64,000 nt of DNA from Candidatus Sumerlaeaceae bacterium (GTDB lineage Bacteria; Sumerlaeota; Sumerlaeia; Sumerlaeales; Sumerlaeaceae). The position numbers and the translations under genes are program-made. Within the stretch, counting starts at the first letter, position 1. Every line of letters starts with the position of its first letter. The notes beneath the pieces are model-generated. The model saw only the letters and a program-made list of their open reading frames with translations. It did not search any database and was not told the origin of the DNA. The stretch is taken from positions 166,664 through 230,663 of the forward strand of contig JBPCLP010000020.1 of the NCBI GenBank assembly GCA_051003195.1, read 5' to 3'. This document shows positions 9,171 to 17,161 of the stretch, piece by piece.

Positions 9171-12100
9171 TCAATACATCTGCCAGTCGCGGACTGTGGT
9201 CGGATTTGAGAAGAAGTTCATTACTGCCAGCATGACGGAGTTGCGTGTCGACTGGCTGCCTATTGCCTCAAATGGAAATCCGAGCGTTACTGCTTTATAC
9301 GTCCCGGCATATTGGATCCCAGCGTTACCGCCGCCGGTTACTCCGCTATCGTAGGTGGCGTCGTCTATGTAGACGTGCCCGGATGCGGCGGCACCTACCT
9401 TATCCAGCAAAAAACCATCGAACTTAATGGCGGCATTGGGGGTGATGATGCCGTCACCTCCCGCAGCAGTCAGGGTCTCAATCGCTGCATCGACCGGTAT
9501 GTTCCATGTAAACTGTTGCCACCCGGTAAAGTTGAGAACGATCGACGATTTCGAAAAGATTTCCACGTCACTGGTGTCGCGCAGCAAAGGCGTTAATGCG
9601 TTGCCGGAGTTGTCGCCATAAATCCAAACGCTGAAGATGCTTGCATAGGGAAAGGTGTTACTGGTCGAGGTAAATTGACGAATGCGATTGCCGGAACCCC
9701 ACACATAAAAAAGATCCCCGGATCCGGTTCCCTGGTGCAAGGGTGTGGAGACAATCTGGAATGTGGACGAAATATCGGCATTCGTCTGGCCCGCAAAGTT
9801 GGGATCCTGCCAGGATCCGATGGTATCGAATGTGTCGACAGGCGGTTGTGTCCCTGCGGCATAGGTCAACGCCGCCACTGAACCGTTAGCGACGCTGATG
9901 ACGTCGGCCAGATCGACGTTGTAGGTGTCGGACGTCGGCGAGAAATCGATATTAAGTCCTTCAAAAATGCTGCCCGCATTTCCCGTCGCAACGTAAGAAT
10001 TCGCACTGGTGGACACATATGCTGCTCGAAGTGTCGAATTATAGAAGCTTTTCGCAATGTTCTGATTATCGAGTTCGTAGGCGATTTCGGATCCTGATAC
10101 AAAGAGGCCTTTGCCTGCGGTCAGAAAACTTTGAACCAGGGAGCGCTCAGTCGAATCGAAAGTTTTGTCCCTGGTCGATTCTTCGCCCGAAATCCAAACC
10201 ACAACTGGGTAGCTGGAAAGGCTGATGAGGCCATTGATCACCGCCTCGTTTGATGCATTATCGAAGTATTTGCCGGCATTTGCGAGCGCGGTGCCGTGCG
10301 GGCGAACATAGTCGTAGCTGTTGTTCTGGCGCAGGCGGAGGCGATCAATGGGTACCGGCACATTGTTGCCGTTGTCGATTCGATCATAACCGTTTACGAC
10401 GAGCACCTCGGAAACGCCATTGCGGACTCGTACCCCGACGACTTCGCCTGGAAAACTCTCGCCGCCTGCATTGTAAGCGGACACTCGAAAGTACGTAATC
10501 TGGCCTGCAGCCAGGCCGTTGATCGTGGTGCTGTTGGAAGCGTTGCCAGCAACCGATACGGCGTTCCCGAAATTGAGTCCGTCGGTGGAACGATAGACGA
10601 AATATCCGGACGCGGCACCGCTGCTGATGGGTGCAGCCAGGGCCGCAACGGGGTTCCACGAAACCGTTACGCCTCCACTGCCATTGTTCTTTGCGAGCAC
10701 ACGCTGCGGTGTCTCTGGCAGCAGGTTCAACGTCAGCCCATCAAATTGGTTAAAATACTTCGCGACTGCATGGTACTGCGCGCGAGCGGCGGCGGTACGC
10801 ACCCTTGGGTCGCGTAGCAATGCAGCATCCAGCGTGTTGTCATGGAACGCGATCTCGACGATCGTTCCGCACATCTCACCATTGAGACCGGTGCCGATTT
10901 CCCCGTAGGCACTGGTGATCGTCGTAAGCCCGTAGTTGCCCCAGGTGCTGTCCCAGTTGGCGGCTTCCACAGCGCATTGGGCGTCGAGAGTGTCTGAAAC
11001 GAGTGCGGCCCATGTTGGCTGGTTGGTAACCGCGGTCTGGTTGGTGATGAGCCCGCAGCTTCCGCGTGCTGTTCCGTTGAACGCGTTGGAATGAAAGCCG
11101 AGGTAGATGTCGCCGTTATAGCCTTGCCCGTCGTCCCGACGCATATGCGCTGCAAGCCGCGATGGCGCACCCACGTTGTCGTTCTGGTCCGTCGTGCTGG
11201 AATCATAAACGCTGGCCGGCGCCTGGCTAATCTGCGCCCAGTATCGGCTGTTTTCCGCTTCGCGCTCCTTGCCTGAAATTGTCCCATCACGCACAATGTC
11301 GCCCATTCCATTCCCGAACCGAATTGCATCGGCGATTACCTTGCCGGTAACGCCGGCCGGTGGTTGAAGATTGGACACCACCACTGCGCCTGTCGCCGAA
11401 TTGCTGCCCTGCGAGAAGTAATAATTGCCCATCCAGATCCAGCCGCGGCCAACGCGGCGATGGTTCACACGCACCTGCGTTTCGCCCGCACTGTGACGGA
11501 TTTTGTACAGCTGCCCGGAGGTACGGTCGGCACCGTGGTCGGCATAACAATAAACTGGGTAAAATCCAGCTGCGGCTATGCCTGCCGTAAAGGTGGCTGT
11601 CGCCGTCTCAGTGGCGGCTGTGTTGGCATACCGACTGGTTGTGCCCGCCCCAAAACTATAGGTAGTAACTTCCGACGTCCAGGTGCCGGTGTAGCTTACG
11701 GCTGCGCTGGTCTCGTTAAGAATCACCTCATTGGTCTGATAGCCAAGGGGGCGCGCACATACTACGGTTGCCCCTGCATTAAAGAGGTATGCTGCGAGGA
11801 AATTCACCTGGTCGATGTTCCCATAGTCTTCACACATGCTCAGCAGCAATGGACGCTGCAGAAACCAGCCGCCTGTCCCATCCGCGGTCCAGCCGTGCCC
11901 GGCGCCAAGGAAAACGGTTCGACCGGACAGCGCGCCCGCGGGTTGTGCGCCGACGCCCACGGGCCCCTGCCCGATTGCATTGAGATTTGCAGCCGCACCT
12001 GCAGTTTGAAGTTCGGCGTAAAGCTTTTGGTATTCAGGACCGTTGTTAGTATTGGGCTCCTCCGGAGGAAGTGGCGGGGGAGGCGGAACGAATTCGGCAA

Positions 12101-12602
12101 GATTGCGGTATTCCGGCGCGCCTGATTTGTTGCCAGCACCCATGCGCCCAAGTACTATTACTTCATTCAACTGGAGCGGAGCGGCGAAATATTTCACGAG
12201 CACCGCATTTACGGTCTCAACCTGCAGAGGAGAAAGGGTTGCCTGACTGGCCGACGGCGGCAGGGAAAAGCGAACCGTCAATTTCCCGTCGCGCAGATCT
12301 GCGCTGTCGCACGTTGTGCCGCGAGGTAAAAGTGTTTCGCCTTTCGAATTCGGGACCACGCTGAGCAGCGTGCCGATTTCCCTGGCGAGTACAACGGCGG
12401 TCTGCGGGTTGGTGGTGCTGGAGTCCGGCTTCATCGACATGCGTGCTTCGTAAAGATGATCCAGGAAAGCTATGTCACCGGAGTGGGCTACGCAAAGGCC
12501 TGCAAGGGAAGCGAGGAGCAACGCGCAGGCGCGGGCTGCGATCCTTATTCGGGAAACAAAATCCATGTGCGAACGCAACCTTCTGCTCCTTGTCGTAGAC
12601 AT
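9171..12602 (-). CDS. Secreted multidomain protein: Amidase_3 (N-acetylmuramoyl-L-alanine amidase) with golvesin-like insertion, Fn3 domain, CBM-like region and C-terminal VRDWQMY tail
   Basis: Signal peptide; amidase Zn/catalytic motifs VFLGAGHG, EDYGN, FHSNA, VEIAFHD; ADAIRF golvesin-like strand; Fn3 motif YFRVSAYNAGGES. Confidence 0.75.
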   Translation of the reverse strand: MSTTRSRRLRSHMDFVSRIRIAARACALLLASLAGLCVAHSGDIAFLDHLYEARMSMKPDSSTTNPQTAVVLAREIGTLLSVVPNSKGETLLPRGTTCDSADLRDGKLTVRFSLPPSASQATLSPLQVETVNAVLVKYFAAPLQLNEVIVLGRMGAGNKSGAPEYRNLAEFVPPPPPLPPEEPNTNNGPEYQKLYAELQTAGAAANLNAIGQGPVGVGAQPAGALSGRTVFLGAGHGWTADGTGGWFLQRPLLLSMCEDYGNIDQVNFLAAYLFNAGATVVCARPLGYQTNEVILNETSAAVSYTGTWTSEVTTYSFGAGTTSRYANTAATETATATFTAGIAAAGFYPVYCYADHGADRTSGQLYKIRHSAGETQVRVNHRRVGRGWIWMGNYYFSQGSNSATGAVVVSNLQPPAGVTGKVIADAIRFGNGMGDIVRDGTISGKEREAENSRYWAQISQAPASVYDSSTTDQNDNVGAPSRLAAHMRRDDGQGYNGDIYLGFHSNAFNGTARGSCGLITNQTAVTNQPTWAALVSDTLDAQCAVEAANWDSTWGNYGLTTITSAYGEIGTGLNGEMCGTIVEIAFHDNTLDAALLRDPRVRTAAARAQYHAVAKYFNQFDGLTLNLLPETPQRVLAKNNGSGGVTVSWNPVAALAAPISSGAASGYFVYRSTDGLNFGNAVSVAGNASNSTTINGLAAGQITYFRVSAYNAGGESFPGEVVGVRVRNGVSEVLVVNGYDRIDNGNNVPVPIDRLRLRQNNSYDYVRPHGTALANAGKYFDNASNEAVINGLISLSSYPVVVWISGEESTRDKTFDSTERSLVQSFLTAGKGLFVSGSEIAYELDNQNIAKSFYNSTLRAAYVSTSANSYVATGNAGSIFEGLNIDFSPTSDTYNVDLADVISVANGSVAALTYAAGTQPPVDTFDTIGSWQDPNFAGQTNADISSTFQIVSTPLHQGTGSGDLFYVWGSGNRIRQFTSTSNTFPYASIFSVWIYGDNSGNALTPLLRDTSDVEIFSKSSIVLNFTGWQQFTWNIPVDAAIETLTAAGGDGIITPNAAIKFDGFLLDKVGAAASGHVYIDDATYDSGVTGGGNAGIQYAGTYKAVTLGFPFEAIGSQSTRNSVMLAVMNFFSNPTTVRDWQMY

Positions 12603-12778
12603 GCTCTTAATGTACAGCCGGGAATTAGTTATCGCGCAGAGGCGGGGCTAAGTGCTTCGGATACCATCATTCAGTCCCCAGCGCACCGGCAGTTTCAACT
12701 TGATTTCATCGCGCCAGAAACATACGGAAGACGATCGAATTGTGGACATCGCGCAAAACTCCTGAGACCGAGCACGGG

Positions 12779-13309
12779 ATGTCTGAGAAGTGTCAAAATT
12801 CAACAATCTATTTTGTCCTCGGCGCAACCATTTTGCTGTTCCAGTGTGGTGCTGCAGGGGCACAGGAAGTTGAGGCTGAGAACCCGCCGGGAGCCGTTAT
12901 CCGTATTACCGCTACGCCTGCCGGCATGGCTCGGAAGCACCGGCAAGATTTGGGCGCTGCCCCGCAGCCTGCACCTCAAAACGGCGGAGCGCCGCAGCCC
13001 GATGAGTTCCTGGACAAATACAACTCTCTGTTCGGTGCAGCCGGCAAGCTACGCCCACGCAAAACGCCGCAAATTGTTACCGATGACACCAGGACAAGCG
13101 CCCAGCGTGTAGCGGAAATGATTCGAGAAATGCGAGCCAGACAAACACCCAGACCCAGGGGTCCTGACTGGGTGCGTGATGCGACTCCTTCTACCAGGGG
13201 CTATGTGGCACCGACGGCGCACCCCAGCGCAAGAGTTGCCACTCCTGCGCCAAAATCCAACTTGCCGAGTATTGACCTGGGTGGGGACGGTTCCAGCAGT
13301 TACCGCTGA
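12779..13309 (+). CDS. Hypothetical exported Pro/Arg-rich protein
   Basis: Signal-peptide-like segment IYFVLGATILLFQCGAAGA followed by low-complexity sequence; lies directly upstream of the lyase gene. Confidence 0.5.
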   Translation: MSEKCQNSTIYFVLGATILLFQCGAAGAQEVEAENPPGAVIRITATPAGMARKHRQDLGAAPQPAPQNGGAPQPDEFLDKYNSLFGAAGKLRPRKTPQIVTDDTRTSAQRVAEMIREMRARQTPRPRGPDWVRDATPSTRGYVAPTAHPSARVATPAPKSNLPSIDLGGDGSSSYR

Positions 13310-13334
13310 TCCGGCTGCGCGGAGGAACCCGAAT

Positions 13335-15515
13335 ATGGTCTTGAGGAAATCGGAGCGGGGCGCCAGATTCCATGGCGCCCGGTTTAATGCGTTCTCGCGA
13401 GCAATTGCTCTCAGAACAATCGCGATTATGATGTTTGGTTTTTTGAGTGCCGGACTTCAAGCACAGGAACACTCCAAAGGCACTGAAGCGCCAGCGCAAG
13501 CCAATGGCCCACGCACCTTTGCCACCGCGCAGCAGCTGGAGCGGGCCCGCGCGCGTGCTAAATCGCGCGGATGGGCGCGTGAGATCATCCGACGTTTGCT
13601 TGCGGACTGCGACTCGGTACTTTCTTCTCCGATTAATGTACCTGCAAAAGCGGGGCAGTGGTCGCATCACTACGTATGCAAGGATTGCGGCAACAAACTC
13701 GCAAACCAGAAGGGGCGGCATGTATGCCCGCGCTGCGGGAGTGAATACAAGGGGTGGCCTTACGACGAAGTCATCGCGGCACGACAGCACACGCAAAACA
13801 TCGACGCAATCCGCGACCTGGGCCTGGCGTACGCGCTGACAAGTGAGACCAGGTACGCCGCGCGCGCGAGAGAGCTGCTGCTGGCCTACGCTGACCGTTA
13901 CAAATTGTTCCCGATTCACGACTATAAGGGCGGCCAGATGCAAAAAGGCGCGCGGATTTTTGCGCAGACGCTGGACGAAGCAACTCGCGCCATCGGACTG
14001 GTATGGGGTTACGACCTGGTTAAATCAGCAGCGGTCATTAGCAATGCGGATCGACAGCACATTGAACAGGACCTGCTTCGTCCGCTGGCGGCAACGATTG
14101 AACGCAATCCCATGGGAGTAAGCAACTGGCAGTCGTGGCACGATGCTGCGCTTACTGGGATTGGATACGTGCTTGGCGACATGTCGCTTGTGCAGAAGGC
14201 AGTACATGGCAGCGATGGCGCCGAGTTCCAGTTGAGCAAGAGTGTCCTGCCGGACGGCTTCTGGTATGAAGGCTCAGCCTCTTACCATTTCTATGCACTG
14301 GAAGCACTCGCATGGACAATGCTGGCTGACCAGGCAAACGGCGGGCGCATGTACCTGGACCCACGGTTTCGTTCCATGTTCGAGGCGCCGCTGGACTATA
14401 TTTTTCCGGACGGACGGTTCCCGGCCGTGAACGACAGTGATCCTGTTCAACTGAAGTCGGAGCAGGAACGTTACGAAATGGCCTATGCGTGGTATGGAGA
14501 TCCACGGTTTGGAGTCGCCGCAGCGAGCGGCAAGCGGGACACAATAGCAGCATTGCTGTGGGGAAAGGACGAGTTACCCAGGACTGCACCGGAGCCCACC
14601 CGCAGCCGCAATTTCCCGGGACTTGGCGCGGTTATGCTGCGGCAATCCTCTGGCACTCAGCAGATCGTCGCGCACCTGGACTATGGCCCGCATGGCGGTG
14701 CGCATGGTCACTTCGACAAACTTGCATTGATACTTTTTGCGAACGGCCACGTTGTCGCGCCCGATCCCGCGCGTGTCGCATATGGATCACCACTACAGGC
14801 GAGCTGGTATAAAACAACGCTCGCGCACAACGCGCTGGTAGTGGACGGCAAAAACCAGGAACCTTGCGAAGGAAAGCTCGAGTTTTTCAAAGAGCAGGAC
14901 GGGGTCAGCGTCGCACGTGCATCTACCGATGCCGCATATCCCGGGGTAAAGATCACCCGGACAACCGCTGTAACTGCGCGCTACGTTTTGGACGTGGTGG
15001 CTGCTGAAAATACCTCCGCACCAATGGAGCACGTCTTTGACCTTTCGTGGCATTTCCATGGGGATGCGAGCAACACACCGCGAGCAAATCTTGTGGCGAA
15101 GTCCTTGGGAACAACCGCCGGTTACCAGCTTCTTTCAAACGCGCAGAGGGCAGACGTTCCCGGAACATGGTCGCTCGATTACACGTATGAGAACAGCACA
15201 GTGCGACAGACCATGCTCGGCGCGGATGGCAGTGCGCCACCGGAAGTCTACCTGGCTGAAGGGCTTGCGGATAATCCGCCTACTACGTGTCCGATGACCC
15301 TGGCACGGCACAAAGGATCGTCCGTGTGCTATGTCACTCTCATTCAGCCGCTGCGCACCGACGGCGAGTGTACCATCACCAGGAGAAACCAGAAGCCAGG
15401 CGCACTCGAATTGTTGATTTCCACGCCTGGGGGCGAGGACCACTGGGATATGCCGGGCTGTGGTGGCAATGTTCTGCGTTACAAAGGTAGTGCTGGGACC
15501 CTGAGCATCAATTAA
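13335..15515 (+). CDS. Alginate lyase / heparinase II/III family polysaccharide lyase
   Basis: SD ggagga at 13321. Motifs QTLDEA, SNWQSW, DGFWYEGSASYHFY, PAVNDS, HGHFDKL, TLAHN; signal peptide. Confidence 0.85.
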   Translation: MVLRKSERGARFHGARFNAFSRAIALRTIAIMMFGFLSAGLQAQEHSKGTEAPAQANGPRTFATAQQLERARARAKSRGWAREIIRRLLADCDSVLSSPINVPAKAGQWSHHYVCKDCGNKLANQKGRHVCPRCGSEYKGWPYDEVIAARQHTQNIDAIRDLGLAYALTSETRYAARARELLLAYADRYKLFPIHDYKGGQMQKGARIFAQTLDEATRAIGLVWGYDLVKSAAVISNADRQHIEQDLLRPLAATIERNPMGVSNWQSWHDAALTGIGYVLGDMSLVQKAVHGSDGAEFQLSKSVLPDGFWYEGSASYHFYALEALAWTMLADQANGGRMYLDPRFRSMFEAPLDYIFPDGRFPAVNDSDPVQLKSEQERYEMAYAWYGDPRFGVAAASGKRDTIAALLWGKDELPRTAPEPTRSRNFPGLGAVMLRQSSGTQQIVAHLDYGPHGGAHGHFDKLALILFANGHVVAPDPARVAYGSPLQASWYKTTLAHNALVVDGKNQEPCEGKLEFFKEQDGVSVARASTDAAYPGVKITRTTAVTARYVLDVVAAENTSAPMEHVFDLSWHFHGDASNTPRANLVAKSLGTTAGYQLLSNAQRADVPGTWSLDYTYENSTVRQTMLGADGSAPPEVYLAEGLADNPPTTCPMTLARHKGSSVCYVTLIQPLRTDGECTITRRNQKPGALELLISTPGGEDHWDMPGCGGNVLRYKGSAGTLSIN

Positions 15516-15558
15516 TTATCTGTTCAGGCACGTCGTTGGCAGTGCACCGGCAACGAAA

Positions 15559-16200
15559 CTATAAGTTGGCTTTCACCCAGTTTTCAAAATCGTCTCGCGA
15601 CATACCACCTGTTTGTGCGACGACTCGTCCCCCCTGGAACATGATCACAGACGGAATGGATTCGATACGGTAGCGCTGCGCTACTGCGGGGGCTGAATCC
15701 ACGTCCACTCGCGCGAACGAGACCTTTCCGCCGAATTTATCCGCCGTAGCTTCAAATTCCGGGGCGAACTTTTTGCACGGGCCACACCACGTTGCAAAGA
15801 AGTCGACGACCCAGGTTTCACCCGCTGTTGCGTTCACCACCTCGCTATCAAACATACTCTGATCAAACTGGCGGACATAGCGTGACGCGGGGGACGCACG
15901 TGCTGCCTGGTAATGTTTGAGGACTATAAATCCGCCACCCAGCAGCACTACCAGGAGCAACGCCTTGATCAGCATCCCTGTCGATACTGGCGATTCATAG
16001 GCCAGGGCGGAGGCTCGCACAAGCTCGTCGCCTGGCACCTCGGATGGAAGGACCGCAATGGAGCCTGTGCCCTGCCGGTTTCGGATGCGATTAATTAGCG
16101 CGCCGCACGACTCACAAACATCAAAGCGTCGTGAAGGATAGCTACATTTCGGGCAGATTGTTGCTGTTTCTTTATCCATGAGCACTCTCGCTGCAGACAC
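15559..16200 (-). CDS. Membrane-anchored thioredoxin with N-terminal zinc ribbon
   Basis: CPKC...CESC, one TM helix, then VDFFATWCGPC and the cis-Pro motif SIP. Confidence 0.85.
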   Translation of the reverse strand: MSAARVLMDKETATICPKCSYPSRRFDVCESCGALINRIRNRQGTGSIAVLPSEVPGDELVRASALAYESPVSTGMLIKALLLVVLLGGGFIVLKHYQAARASPASRYVRQFDQSMFDSEVVNATAGETWVVDFFATWCGPCKKFAPEFEATADKFGGKVSFARVDVDSAPAVAQRYRIESIPSVIMFQGGRVVAQTGGMSRDDFENWVKANL

Positions 16201-16292
16201 TTGAGGGTTTAGCGACTATACACCTGGTTCTGAGATGGTGCCAAATCTCGTGGCTGATGGCAAGACATTCCTGCAAGTGCACAATGGGCTAA

Positions 16293-17129
16293 TTACGGTG
16301 TCTCTCCAAGCAGCCGCTCAAGGCTGATGTAATCATCTTCGGACCAACCATTTTCGAGGGCCTGCTGGTAGACGGGAATAAGGCTGGCCAACTGTGGCAG
16401 CTCAAGATTTACACCGCGCGTCGTTTCTTGCGCAAGGCGCAGGTCCTTTGCCATGTGCTTGATCGAAAATTGCGGTGAGTAATCGCGCGCCAGCAGCTTG
16501 GGTTCCTTGAGATCCGAAACTCCGGAGCGGGCAGCGTTCAGGTGCAGTGCGTCAAAAAACTTCTCATCGTCGATTCCGCTCGCGCGACAAAGGGCAAGGC
16601 TTTCGCACAGTGCCTGCGCAATTCCAGCAATCTGTATGTTCATAGCCAGCTTGAGACTCGACGCGGTGCCCAGTGGGCCAATATACTGGATGGAGCTGGC
16701 AAGGCGCTCAAGAACAGGCCGGGCTTTCTCCAGCACTTCTGATTCGCCTGCCGTGTAGAAAACCGTCTTGCGCTGCTCTGCGGCTGGCCGGCTTCCAGTA
16801 AATGGAGCCTCCAGGAAATCGGCGCCCGTGCCACGCACCTGCTTCGCAAAGCGATGGGTCCACTCGGCAGAAATCGTCGAGCATTGGATAATGGTTTGCC
16901 CGGTCACAAGATGTGGCAGCGCCTGTTTGAGGATGCTTTCAACCGCAGCCGGATCGGCAACCACGATGATGACGAACTCCGCGCCTTGCACAGCCTCTTC
17001 AATGCTGGGGACGATATGGGGAAAATCTTTCGGTGTCCGGTTCCAGCAGCGTATGTCCATATCGTCGGCGATCAGGTTCTTCGCCCATGCAGTCCCTATG
17101 ATTCCAAGCCCCAGCAGTGATAACTTCAT
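16293..17129 (-). CDS. NAD(P)-dependent beta-hydroxyacid dehydrogenase (3-hydroxyisobutyrate dehydrogenase family)
   Basis: GLGIIG, WNRT, CSTIS, EAPFTGS, KLAMN, KDL motifs. Confidence 0.9.
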   Translation of the reverse strand: MKLSLLGLGIIGTAWAKNLIADDMDIRCWNRTPKDFPHIVPSIEEAVQGAEFVIIVVADPAAVESILKQALPHLVTGQTIIQCSTISAEWTHRFAKQVRGTGADFLEAPFTGSRPAAEQRKTVFYTAGESEVLEKARPVLERLASSIQYIGPLGTASSLKLAMNIQIAGIAQALCESLALCRASGIDDEKFFDALHLNAARSGVSDLKEPKLLARDYSPQFSIKHMAKDLRLAQETTRGVNLELPQLASLIPVYQQALENGWSEDDYISLERLLGETP

Positions 17130-17161
17130 CTAAAGAAAGTCCCTTTAAGAGTCATTCGCGC

